A stretch of 63,913 bases of DNA, the filler included, from Octopus bimaculoides (Eukaryota): the NCBI RefSeq assembly GCF_001194135.2. It is 7 parts of 7 records of this genome, joined end to end, with 100 filler letters (N's around TTAATTAATTAA, not from the genome) between each part and the next. Parts side by side here need not be neighbours in the genome. Positions count along the whole stretch, not along the records: positions 23,097 to 39,922 come from NC_068983.1; positions 40,023 to 50,426 come from NC_068981.1; 5 more parts are not named here. The stretch is one strand, 5' to 3'. Shown here piece by piece: positions 28,461 through 41,290 of this stretch. A program made the translations under genes and the position numbers. The notes beneath the pieces were generated by a model that was given only the letters and a program-made list of their open reading frames with translations, ran no database searches and was not told the origin of the DNA. Numbering within the stretch: position 1 is the stretch's first letter; the number at the start of each line of letters is the position of its first letter.

Positions 28461-29030
28461 AAATTATTAAAACAATATTAGACATTTAGCTATTATAATT
28501 AACCTCATTACATAATTATTTCTAGTTAGATTTTTTTTTTATGTTGACTACATTAAATTTATTAATACTAAATTTATTGTCATTTCGTAGTAATTGAGCG
28601 AATGTTAAAACATCTAATGTAATCGACCAAAGTCATTAGTGATGTTAGAAAAACATAGGTTCATTAATTAATATTAATGCAATGGGATAAAGCTAAGGGG
28701 GAGACAATTATTGATTGTTTTATGAATTAAAACTTGAATTGTCCATGCAATGAGATGAAAGAAAACAATACCTGCAGAACTAACATTAATTTAAGTTGAT
28801 CTTTGGCAAATGCAGTGCCAACACAGAACATATTTTGTTTTCACTATCTCTCCTATGATTTAATCCATCAGATAATATAGTATTTTCTCATCCATAACAT
28901 TGATTAATTGAAATACCTCAACTTACGTCGGTAATTGTTTCCGAGACATACGACTTACCGCAAAAAACGACCTAACACGAAAAATCACTCCTATTTTTTT
29001 TTTCTGTTTTGTTTTTGTTTTTCACTTCAG

Positions 29031-29209
29031 AATTGGTATTTAGATGTTTCTTTTTGTTTTCTTTTTGTTTTTGTTTTTTTTTGTAATTTTTATGCTTTTA
29101 AATGTGTGCTGAAGCCGACACTAAGTCGGTTAAATCAACTTAAGTTAGGGTTTATTTCTTGAAAAACAAATGACGACATAAAGTCGAAAAAGATGTAATT
29201 CGAAACTAT
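29031..29209 (+). other. Candidate non-coding (5' UTR) exon
   Basis: Long T-rich tract + ttcacttcag acceptor at 29030 and AT|gtaagt donor at 29210. Confidence 0.25.
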
Positions 29210-30040
29210 GTAAGTTTAGGTTTTGCACATTGGCTCAGTAAATGGTGGTGCTCATTTTACTCATTAACAACAACCTAAAAGTCAGCTCTTATAAAACCCT
29301 ACCCTCGGTCAACCCCCAACTCACTTACTATATACAATCTCTCTGGTGAAAACTTTATTTCAATGCATTGAAAGGTCATCCTAACCACTGAAGCTTCGCT
29401 CTGAGACAAAGATCATGACACCAACTGTATTTCGTCTGTAGAGCAACGTGATAACTCAGTTACTGCCAAAGATCAGCCAGCTATACAGCAAATCTATTAC
29501 TGTGTCGAACACAATACGATTCATTAAGAAGACTCACTGTTTGTTCATATTTGTATCTCTATAACCACTGTCGTACCATACATTTACACAAATACACTAA
29601 TCCCCAAATCACACACATTTAAAAATCAGTATGCATGTATATATGTATGTATGTATGTATGTATGTAAGTATGTATGTATGTATGTATGAATATATTATG
29701 TATGTATAGAAATATGTATGTATATTTTATGCTTACACAAATAATATATATGCATGTATAAGTATATTATATATGTGTATATGTGTGTATATATTTAAGC
29801 ACATATATACGACTTGCACTGATAGAACCGGTAGTTTTCACTTGGTGACCTCTCTCTCCTTCACACACACACACGCTCGCTCTCTGGTTCTCTCGCTGGC
29901 ACGCTCCCTTTTTATCGCTCTCTACTAATATATACATATATACACATACAGACACAGGCAAACACATATACACACACAGAGAGACACATATACACACACA
30001 CACACACGCACGCACACACACACACACACANNNNNNNNNN

Positions 30041-30079
<39 letters not shown>

Positions 30080-31483
30080 CATATGATACACATGTAGATA
30101 TGCGTGCGTAATCAATTTGATCAAAAGCTCGCATTCAAACACAAATGTGTATGTGCGTATGATTGTGTGTGTAAGTGCAAACGTCTAGCCATAGATTATA
30201 GAAGAGTGTTTGTTTGTGAAGGTATATGACCAATGTACAGCTAAATATTAATATATCAGAAACGGTCTAGCAACATTGTATATATTTGCCATTTGATTTA
30301 AAGAGCAAATGATATCACTATAAAAGAAAACTGCAGTCATAAATTATTAGATACTACTCTAATCAACAAATGATAAGTAAAGCCTGGAGCTAATACTCGT
30401 ATCAAGGCAATAAGCATTAAAACCCACAGAAATCCAAAGGTGGCTCAATGAAAAAGTAATAATAAAAATAGTAAGATTTAGTGCAGTGATTAGGAAAAAA
30501 ATATTACAGCTTTGTTAAGATTATTATTTGGAGGAGCAAGTAAGGGAGACCGCTCTGAAGGTTCTTAATCTGTGCAACAGCGGTATGGTCTTTGTCGTTT
30601 CGAGCTGATAAGTAGCTTTCTGTATAGAATATGTCTATCAAAGCTGACATCATGGGTAACATAACTATCAAGATTGGAAGTTTAGTTGTTTTTATTGCAT
30701 ACTGATACTCTACTAAGTAGACTGCAGCACTGACTGCAGTGCCGATAGCATGATGTTGGGCCGTGTTTGGGTTTTTGGTCTCATCATTTCTTGCTGTGAA
30801 AATTATTGAACGTTTTTTGTCAACTAATTACTTGAGCAATCTCAGTCGGTTGAAGTTTGCTAAATCAGTATATTACATATGTGAGATTATATAATTTGGA
30901 TTTACATTACAGAACGTTTCCTTCAAGTATTCTTCTTCAGCTGTTTTATTGAAACACCTGTAAGATCGTTCGATTTAACACTTCTATTTGGTTTTTGGCT
31001 AACTTTAGTAGAATCCTTTTTTTGTTTTCTTTGTAAACATTCCTATGACATTTCAGATGTCAGAAAAACTTCCCTCGTCCTTTTTACCACCAATATCAGC
31101 GGTTATGGAAATTCACATGGAAAAGCTCCCCGTTCTTTTTCTGGCGAATTTAAGGAAATATTGTATGGAACAGTGTCATTAACCGGAGACGAACTCTGTA
31201 TCCATTATTAGTGGTTCTTTTGAAGAAGAGATTTATATATCCTTGTGTCCAGTAGATAAAAGCTAGAATGAATATATATGTTTCACTAGTATGGACATCA
31301 CTGGGAAATTCATAAAATTGGGTCGTATGTTTCTGATCATTGACATATTATCAGAAGTATTGGTTACTATCACAAGCATTAAACACTATCAGGAGTAGCA
31401 ATTATTAAATGATAAGAAAGATATGATGTTGTAGAACTTTAACAGTCAGACTGTCAAAGTAATAGCAGCTAGAAGGCCTGGTT

Positions 31484-31540
<57 letters not shown>

Positions 31541-31589
31541 ATAACGAGCATATAAAGAGTATATAAAATGCCAAATATTTTGACTTTTC

Positions 31590-31845
31590 AGTCGATGAAA
31601 AAAATCAATATGAGAGATATAGAAAAAATAGTAAAGTACCAGGACCTAACCATTGGTTTACAGATACTATAGAAAGTGCGGGTAAAATGTATCAAAGTAG
31701 TTATAGGTGCTCTGGGAATTATACCTAAAGATTTGAACAGATGGATAGGGGAAATAGGCATAAAGCCCAGTTTAGTACAGCTCCAGGAATCTGTGTTATT
31801 AGGGATGGCTAGGATACTTAGGAGTGTTCTTGGCATCTAAGGTTA
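31590..31845 (+). pseudogene. R4/Dong-type RLE LINE 3' end (different family)
   Basis: EKIVKYQDL...VVIGALGIIPKDLNRWIGEIGIKPSLVQLQESVLLGMARILRSVLGI*, followed by (AAT)n. Confidence 0.8.
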
Positions 31846-31901
31846 TTTGTTGTAGCCGATGTGAGGAATTTTTCTTTTCCAACAGTCTAATCTGTTGTGT
31901 G

Positions 31902-31973
<72 letters not shown>

Positions 31974-31974
31974 T

Positions 31975-32125
31975 TCTACTAAGGGCACAAGGCCTGAAAT
32001 TTGGTGGGCGGGAACTAGAAATTATGAAAAGCAAGGTCAAAATTGGTCGAATTTCATCTCAGAACGTGAGCACGAACGAAAAGTCGCTAAGCATTTTTTC
32101 CCGGCATACTAATGATTTTGCATTC
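31975..32125 (-). mobile_element. SINE family B, old and deleted
   Basis: GGCACAAGGCC.GAAATTT...CTCAGAACG...GCTAAGCATTT..CCCGGC. Confidence 0.65.
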
Positions 32126-32264
32126 TCACCATCTTAAAAAAAAATAAAAGGTGAAGTTGAGCGCGGCAGAAATTGAACTTAGACCTTGCGATAGTCAAAG
32201 AAAATACTGTAAAACGTTCTTTTTGACGTTCTAAGCACAGTGCCAATTTGCTACCTAACCATAT

Positions 32265-33126
32265 ATTACATTGAAAATGCGAGTGCGAGTAAGAGGAATA
32301 ATATTCTTAAGATTACAAACCTGGAAAAGTACAGGACAAGTTATTATATCTGGTAAAGTACAGAACAAGTAAGTTATTACTTAAGATATTGCAGCTAAGA
32401 ATAAAATTTCAAATAGAATATTTAGATTTAGAAAATATTAGCTCTTATTAAAACTAAAACTTTTATTACAAATTATTAATTCTATTAGTTATTACTTGTT
32501 ACTTCTATTAAAAATAAATCAAATGAAATGTATTTTGCACTTTAAAAATATTCCTTTCTTAATTGTTAATTAATAATTAGAAATTGAAAATAGGTTATAA
32601 AAAATAATAGTAGAACATAATTAGTTAGTACAATAAATAGAATAATACAAAATTTAGTTATACATTACAGTAAAATCTACCTATAACAACAAATTCACCG
32701 TAAAATTTGTTTCAGCTATTGCCTAAGTTAGTTCCAAGTCTTCACATTTTTAGTCTTGACCTAATGCCTATTTTTACGTAATTAATTTGCCTACCATATA
32801 CACTATTCGACTTTGTATAAAACTTTTGATATGTTGGTACTTCTGGCTCTCATTTTTTAAGTATTCTAGTGTGTCAATACTTTAACAAAATCATGGTACC
32901 TTTTTTTAATTATAATGTTACTTTGTAAATTAAAATCAAATAATTTTCAATATTCAAATTTTATCCTTAGCTGCAATATTTTAAGTAATAATTTTTTTGT
33001 TCTGTACTTTACCAGATGTAATAACTTCTGAAATTTTCCAAAGTATAATAATAACTTATCCTGTACATTTCCAGGTTTATAATCTTTGGAATATTATTTC
33101 TCTTGCTCGCATTTTTCTCATGTAAT
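32265..33126. mobile_element. Non-autonomous long-TIR (foldback-like) DNA element with 6-bp TSD CCATAT
   Basis: ~160-180-bp imperfect TIRs starting ATTACA/ending TGTAAT with internal ~28-bp subrepeats; CCATAT at 32259-32264 and 33127-33132. Confidence 0.75.
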
Positions 33127-33859
33127 CCATATTTTTTCCAGGCTATGCTATTATGCTAATTAATGTGTCAAATGAGTCAATTAGTGGTGTCTTTGATAAT
33201 TTTTTCTTGATCTCAATGATGCCGGTGACATATTAAAAGTTTCCCTAAAGAACTATATTCATAAAATAAGTACAGAACAAATTTGAGAAACAAACAACCA
33301 TTACTTTTTTCTTTTAAAACATCATTGCATGAGATTGATACCATGAAAATACTCGAATTGAGCTCTATCGTTTAAATTTAATTAAAATATAGTTTGTTTT
33401 TAAATAGAAAAAAAAAGTTAATTATACTTAAATCCAATTTTTGTTTTTCATGATATTTTACCTCAACTTTTTTGATACAAACTTTTTTTGCATGGGACCA
33501 AATTTTTCATGCTTTCTTCTATCATTGATGCTAAGATAAATATATTTTGCTTTAAAAATAAAAAAGTTATTAGATCTAAACTTGATTGGTGGCGTTACTC
33601 ACTCTTTATAACGTAGCTACAAATTTTGGCGTCAACTTTTTTTCTACTAGACCAAATCTCAATTTTTTATGCCAAAATGTAGCTAGGGACTAGTCCTCTT
33701 CAAAACTGTTAACAGTTTTTAACTTGGTTAAGAACTGAATTAGTGACAAGCTCTGAAAGATACTGCGTGTGAGTAAGCTGCGGCCTTAATATTATTCAAC
33801 TACTATCGTATTTGAATGATTATTGATTTCAAATTTATCGTAGAAGGCTAGCAATTTGT

Positions 33860-34110
33860 GTGCGTTTGTGTGTGGTGAGGTATGTGTGGGTGTCTTTATG
33901 GTTTGCCCCCACACACACACACGACATGATAACCGGTGCTGATGTGGTTACGTCCCCGCATCTTAACGGTTCAGCAATAAAGACCGATAGAATAAGTATG
34001 TGACTTTTAAAAAATAAGTACTGGGTGTCGATACATTCGACTAAACATTCTTCAAGGCAGTGCTACAGCATGGTCGCATTCCAATGACTGAAACAAATAA
34101 AAACAAAAAA
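33860..34110 (+). mobile_element. SINE family A, 3' half
   Basis: TACGTCCCCG...GACCGATAGAATAAGTA...CAGCATGG.CGCA...AATGACTGAAACAA; matches 53010-53125. Confidence 0.8.
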
Positions 34111-34512
34111 AGATGCGAAGATCAAAGTTTCTTAACGATATATCAAAATTCAAACGATCAACATGAGCACATGCATTAGGAGAACGAATTCAATTTTATA
34201 TGGTCATGCCTCCAATATTTTTCATATTCGTAACAAAATTATTTTTAAAATCGTGTTAAAAAAATCAACAATAGATTTACGTAACTTTCGCTTCTTAAAG
34301 AATAAAATTTATAAATAAAAAGAAAATGTTTTTCTTTGCCTTCTTTATTTAATTATAAATTTTCTTATCCAATTTAAAAATTTCACTTTTCAAACCACAT
34401 ATTAAATCCGAAATTTACCTATCATTTACGTGTTTATACAAAAGTACCCTCGGGTGTATTTCTTTTTTTTTTTTTTTTTACATTTCTGCTGTTTCGTTTC
34501 GTTTAATCATTC

Positions 34513-34548
<36 letters not shown>

Positions 34549-36064
34549 TCTGTTCTTGTTCTTGTTGTTCTTGTTGTTCCTGTTGTTATTTTTATCATCA
34601 TTATTTTTATTATTGTTGCTATTGTTGTTATTATTATTGACATCTTGAACAGACGTGTTTCTTCTCGCTATTGCTGTTGGTATTTGGATTACAAGTGTTT
34701 TCAAGTTTATTCATACTGAATTTGAATTTATTAATTGTTTTACGTCATGTAAAAAGTTTTCACAAGGCGAGTTTGTGTTTTGTTTCATTGACTTTTTTGC
34801 TCAATAAAAAAAATACATCTTTTGGACATTTCTTCGATTTTGTTCGACTGTATTCACAATGGCGTCAAACAACAGAAGCAATGCTTCCTCATCCTGGAAT
34901 GAAAATAGCATTACTGCCATTACCAAGCAAAAAAATAACAAACCTGATCTGCCAAAGTTCTTCCCTGTCATAAACATGGAAAATTTTCCCTTTTCAGAAA
35001 GAAAAGAATCCTGTTTTGGGAAATTCTGAGATATTTTTCGGTGCAACCAGCAACAATAACAACACGGATACACAAAAGCAGAAATGTCACCATTAATGCA
35101 TGGAGATAACTTTGCCCAAGCTACCTCCAGTATTGAAATGCTTGATATGATTTAAGAAGCCTAAATGAAGCTGTGAAAAAATTACATGAACAAGAATTTA
35201 ATCTCTTTATTTGAGGAATACATTGAAAAGCAGACCAGGAAATAAATTGATATACCTGTGTTTCAGAAAAGGAGGAGATACTTTTGCAATCACCACAAAA
35301 CAACATAAAGGAAGCACTAGCAGACGTGTGAGTCAATATTTTACATCTAGAAAAGGGAAAAGCCTTCAGTACAGGCTGTTTGATTTACAGCACCGCAAGC
35401 GATGTCTGAATAGAAGCAGAGTGCGTGTGCGAAACATCTGTCCACAAGTTTCTTCTTCAATACATGAGGCACGAAGATAAGAGCCAAACGATATTACGAG
35501 TGATATTAACCGGTGGCTTGTTGCTGCTTTTGTAAAGCAGTATTGGTGGATATTGATAGTACTAGTACGGAATGATATGTAGGTGGGAGGAATCAGCACG
35601 GATGCCTCAGAACCACAGGACCATTCTGGAGCTGTGCCTCGTTATTGTTGTACAGGCTAAAGTCATAACACTTAAGGTACAGGGCAAGAAGTTCAGTTGT
35701 TTTATTTCGAACAGCAAAAGTTACTTGAAGGTTTTCTGTTCAGGCCTCAAAAAACGTAAAATGGTTAAGCAATGTTGGTGCTCCTTTTCCAGAGTGCCAC
35801 CAATCGCACCAGCAGAAGCAGTACCGAAAGCTTCTCTTCATCTTCGATCTCTGTAACAAGCATCATAGAATACCTTTTGTCAGTCTGCACTTGGCGCAGG
35901 AGGTCACTTTTTGCTTAGCATCAGAGTCGGATATTGTCATCAGTTTTAGCAGATCAAACCCTTCTAAGTGCGAAGATGGGGATCAAATGCAATCTGAAGA
36001 GATATAGTAATCAGTGAAAGAGAGACAAGAAAGAAAAGGAAAAAGAAAATGAAGTGTCAGCTCT

Positions 36065-37990
36065 CTCGGAATTGTTCCAGGAAAATGAAAGGAAAATTCA
36101 AACTCTGAGGCTCAAACAGTTTCATAGTAATTGGAAATAAAAACGAACTGCTCGAGCTATTGGGTGGTATTGAATGCAATGCTCCGATGATAATAGGGAT
36201 AAACTTTATGTTTAACTCTCATAGCCGCCACATCTTAGCGATCTCAATTCTCAGGTCTCTGTATTTATTAGCCTTTTTGCCACGTCAATTATTAGGCAGT
36301 CTTGTTTATCCTTCTTAAAGGTTACTATATCTGGCCTTCGGTGCTTTAATAACTTGTCTGTCTGGAAGTCAAAGTCCCAGAGGATTTTTCCGTTACCCTT
36401 TTCGTCCATTACCTTTTCCGGTGTATGTTAATACCAAGCACCCGTAACCTCATATCCATACTTACGGCATAGTAGCCAGTAGAAGTTTGGGCTACCTTGT
36501 TGTGTCTACACTTGTACTCTTTCTGCGCAAGACATTCACAAGCACTAACAACGTGAGTCACGCTTACGATCCTCTTCCCACACATTCTACAAAGGTTCGT
36601 TGCACTTGTGTAGTATGTATTCTTTTTCACTGAGTTGGTATTCAATGCCTAGTCCTGAGCAGCGATGATTAGACTTTCAGTATTCTATTTTAGGACACCC
36701 TTGTAAAGCCACCTCCATGATGCTTCCTGGTCGGTCTTTTAATTTATTGGTTTCACGGCGAAACTGACCATGTAATTCCACGCAGAGTAGGGTTTCTTCT
36801 CTCGTTGGCTGTTCTTGATCGGAATTCATGAGCACTCACAGCTCCATTTCTGTTAAATTCTTCTGCATTAGCAGCATACTATAGCAGGTCTTGTTTGCTG
36901 TTTATGAAATGGTCTGCCATGTTTCTTCTTTCATTGTTGATGCACCCCAGTACGCTAATCATACAACGTCCACATTTATCCCTCTTCATTGAGATCCTGT
37001 GTACATTCGCCTTTGGGTGGAGGTCACCATACATTGTCATTGTCTTTCGGGTAATGTAATCGGGCTGGTTAATCTCCGCTTGTGTCCATTTCAGGATGGG
37101 TGCACTATAGCGGACTACATCAATCGCTCGTATGTTGGTGGCAGTCACAAGGTTCCTTGAGGTGAGTTTTGATTTCAAGAGAAGTTTAAGGCGTTTGAAA
37201 TATGCAGTAATGACCTTGTCTATCATTTCTTTATGCAAGATATTGTCCAGCTCCAGGATCTCAAGGTACTTGTACCCATCATCATCCAGGTCTTCCATTC
37301 TCTCCCCGTTAGGAAATTCTATGCCCCTATAATTTATTCTTTTCCACCGCTTCAAAGTAAGCACTCCACACTTCGAGATACCGAATTCCATCCCTATATC
37401 CTTGTTGCACATTTGCACAGTCTCAACCAGCCTCTGCTTTTCAGGCTCTCTTTTGCGAACAGTTTTAAATCATCCATGAAGAGAAGATGGTTGAGACGAG
37501 GTCCATTCTCTCTCAGCTCATTCATAGTGCGCGTTGTCTTTGCGTAGGACTACAGAAAATGAGATCAAGGCTCTGACAAATAACAGAGGTGAACAAAAGT
37601 CTCCTTGGAAGATACCTCTTTTGATTGTTATCTCGACTAAGTGCTGGTTGTTACAGGAAAGGCGTGTTTTCCAACCAAGCATGCTGTTTTTAATCAGTGC
37701 ACACACGTTCTCAGCTATTCCACACATGTCGAGTGTTTCCAAAATACACGAATGCGGCAACATGTCGTAAGCATTTTTGAAGTCGATCAGGCCGTGCGTA
37801 AGTATTTTGGTAACGTTTGCAGTTCTTCAATATAACCTTGTCTATCACAAGCCGGTCCTTGGTGCCCTTGGATCCTTGGATCCTTTTCAGCATCCCTTTT
37901 GTTCTACTGGCAATATATTGCCTTCCGCAAGGAACGTATATATTTACCCTGTGAGGATACTTGTTAATACTTTCCTTGGAATGTAAGAAC
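36065..37990 (-). pseudogene. 5'-truncated R4/Dong-type LINE: RT, CCHC knuckle and RLE, multiply frameshifted
   Basis: GSKGTKDRLVID; RGIFQGDFCSPLLF; DIGMEFGISKC...GYKYLEI; CRMCG...HVVSAC...QKEYKCRHNKVA; LWDFDFQTDK...RRPDIV; IPIIIGAL. Confidence 0.92.
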
Positions 37991-38264
37991 TTCCCATTAT
38001 TATTATCATCATCATCATCATCATCACTATTTTTATAGTTGTTGTTGTTGATGTTGCTATTATTTTTCACATTTAATCTGCATGTTTGTTACAATCACTT
38101 GCTGAGACACACCCAGCGTCCTAGGGCGAGTGAAGGATAAGAGATGTTACAGTATGACAAAAGATTGGGGGGAGGAAGTGGCAGGGGCAGTAATGAAATA
38201 TATTTATGTCATACAGCGCAGACATTTAAACTGACAAGGTTTTTCTAAGGATGTGAGCAGTATT

Positions 38265-38745
38265 TATCAGCACATTTGTTTGGAGTTCTCTGAGACATGG
38301 TTCTCCTGGGATATTATCTAGATGTTCCTGGCATCCTTTTTTTTATCATATAAAGGGCACCTACAATAACAGGAACAGTTCTTGATTTATGATATATCTT
38401 TTGTATTTCATTTTCCACGTCCTTATATATATTAAGTTTGTCAACTTCCCTGCCAGATATACTTTTATCAGTGGGAACACTTACATCTATTAGTCTACAA
38501 GTATTTTCTTCCCTGTCTTTAATAATCATGTCTGGTTGATTAGCCTGGATCATTCTTTCGGTGTTGACAGGAAAATTCCAGAGGATGGTGACATGTTTAC
38601 TTTCAACGACTGGCTCAAGGTTATGTTCATACCGGTAAGTAGGAGTGCCGATTTTGTAGTGTTTACATATTTTTCAATGTAAATTCCGTCCTACCCTGTC
38701 GTGGCGACTTTTGTATTCGTTTGGTGTCAGCAAAAGATATCCCAA
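38265..38745 (-). pseudogene. R4/Dong-type RLE domain fragment (another family)
   Basis: EYKSRHDRVG...ILWNFPVNT...ANQPDMIIKD...LIDVSVPTD...VPVIVGAL. Confidence 0.85.
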
Positions 38746-38765
38746 AACTATTATTATTATCATTA

Positions 38766-39079
38766 TTCTATATTTTAGAGATGAGTAATTATGTATATTA
38801 TTTACATTTGATGGATATTTGTTCTCATCTTGTTTGTTGTTAACACAACGTTTCGGCTGATATACTCTCCAGCCTTCTTCAGGTGTCCTGGGGAAATTTC
38901 GAACCTGGGTTCTCATTCCTAAGGTATTTTTCGATGTTGTTGTTGTTATTATTGTTGTTGTTATTATTGTTATTATTATTATTGTTGTTGTTTTTATTAT
39001 TATTCTGGTCACTGCCTGGAATCGAACTCGGAATCTTGGGGTTAGTAGCCTGTGCTCTTAGCCACTACACCATTTGCCC
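38766..39079 (-). mobile_element. tRNA-headed SINE-like element carrying a hammerhead ribozyme (retrozyme-like)
   Basis: Head 39079-39007 with A-box TGGTGTAGTGG and B-box GAGTTCGATTCC, AAT/AAC spacer, body with hammerhead core; body also at 55464-55540. Confidence 0.7.
38842..38887 (-). ncRNA. Minimal type I hammerhead ribozyme (Penelope-type)
   Basis: GACAC-CUGAAGA-A-GGCUG(10 nt)CAGCC-GAAAC-GUU-GUGUU: core boxes, helix I, helix II, palindromic AACGUU at helix III. Confidence 0.7.
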
Positions 39080-39195
39080 GTAGGTGTAGTGGTCAAGAGT
39101 GCGGGCTACTAATAAAATTGACCTGAATAATAATAAATCTTATTATCCAAACCCCAAAGAATTTCTTTCAATACACGGCTATGATGCTCGCCCAC

Positions 39196-39289
<94 letters not shown>

Positions 39290-39422
39290 GTGATGAAAAC
39301 TTACAGCTTATTTTGCTGNNNNNNNNNNNNNNNNNNNNNNNNNNNNNNNNNNNNNNNGAAACACATACACACAAACATATCTACACACATTGACTCATAT
39401 ATATAAATATATATAAACATAT

Positions 39423-39585
39423 ACGACGGGCTTCTTCCAGTTTCCGTCTACCAAATCTACTCACAAGGCTTTGGTCTGCCCGAGGCTATAGTAGAAGACA
39501 CTTGCCCAAGGTGCCACGCAGTGGGACTGAACCCGGAACCATGTGGTTGGTAAGCAAGAAACTTACTACACAGTCACTCCTGCGC
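39423..39585 (-). mobile_element. SINE family A, 5' half
   Basis: Near reverse complement of 22584-22746. Confidence 0.92.
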
Positions 39586-39692
39586 TCAGTTTCTTTTTTT
39601 TTTCTTCTTTCACTTTGATCTTGTTGTCACGAAGGCATGTTATGTCGATTATCATGCATGTTTTCTTTTTTATTCACCACAACAATATCTAG

Positions 39693-39746
<54 letters not shown>

Positions 39747-39755
39747 TTTATCATC

Positions 39756-39832
<77 letters not shown>

Positions 39833-39874
39833 CATCATCATCATCATAATCATTATTATTATTATTATTATTAC

Positions 39875-39922
<48 letters not shown>

Positions 39923-40022
39923 NNNNNNNNNNNNNNNNNNNNNNNNNNNNNNNNNNNNNNNNNNNNTTAATTAATTAANNNNNNNNNNNNNNNNNNNNNN
40001 NNNNNNNNNNNNNNNNNNNNNN

Positions 40023-40090
<68 letters not shown>

Positions 40091-40343
40091 ACACACACAC
40101 ACACACATACACACACATGCACTCACTGACATATATACATGCATATATACATACATCTATACATAATTTAACTTTGCAATCATGCACTATTTAAATATAC
40201 ACAAGCACTTCCAAGAGTAATAAATATAGAAATAAAATAAGATAAAATATATAACTATGCAAAAAGAGAGATAATTATATATATATATATGCATTATGAT
40301 AAATGTATATGTTATTTTGTGTATATATATGTGTGCATGTACG

Positions 40344-40386
<43 letters not shown>

Positions 40387-40403
40387 TCATTTAAATATAT
40401 GTT

Positions 40404-40718
40404 TAGTGGAACCTCAGTTTATGACGCCTCTCATCACAACTAAATCGGTTTACGAGCAATTTTTCGAACACAAATCGTCTCGGGTGACGAACGGTGTCTC
40501 TAACAACGAACACGCAAACCGGCAAGAACGGTTGGTGACAAGCTGGGAGTATCAATGGGAGTTACTGTCTAACTTTTGTTCAGCGTACGTCCCTGCTCGA
40601 ATTCGCAGTGTCTTCTCTTCAGTATTTCCTTTGGGATAAATTGTTTCGGTTTCACGAACATTTCGGGTAACGAACGCCCTTCAAGAACAAATTAAATTCA
40701 TAAACCGAGGTTACACTG
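40404..40718. mobile_element. Tigger/pogo-like MITE
   Basis: TIR (T)AGTGGAACCTCAGTTTATGA vs CAGTGTAACCTCGGTTTATGA; TA at right end. Confidence 0.7.
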
Positions 40719-40757
40719 TACACATATATATATATATTTATGTACGAGTCTGTGTAT

Positions 40758-40802
<45 letters not shown>

Positions 40803-41290
40803 TGTGTGTGTGTGTGTAAATAGTATGGGATTATGACAAACGTTTACCGGTTCGTTTTCAGTTAGGTATTCAAAATAAGTTTTTCAACCGTTAATATATA
40901 AATCCAATAATATTCTTATAAGGAAAGGAGAATTCTGAATATATTACCTTAACCATATAGGTTTCCTGAAGTATATAATGCCAACAATAATAATGATTGT
41001 TATTGTTGGTATAAATTTATATATCGTTGCTATTATGTATGTCCAAATTTGAAGTATGTCTAAATTTGGCCAAATGCGTTTTTTCCAATATTTATTTTTG
41101 CTTGCAATAGCCGGTTCTTTTGGTCAAATTATCGTATCTCCAGCTGCTTTAGATGCCAATATATCAAAAATCGTGAAAGTGCAGTACAAAGGTTTTGCTA
41201 CGGAATGGTGAAACAATTTTTTCGTTTTCTGAAAAAGCAACGTTTTGGACTTACGACACTTTTGCATAATAACAATGATCTATATTTGAA

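Noticed and set aside
28772-28831. Minus peptide MFCVGTAFAKDQLKLMLVLQ resembling the P450 heme-Cys region, with a CAG|gtattg donor
   Set aside because: Lacks FxxGxR, has an in-frame stop four codons upstream and no good acceptor; probably chance
39007-39079. Functional tRNA gene
   Set aside because: Acceptor stem cannot pair; it is a SINE-type head. The same applies to 41291-41360
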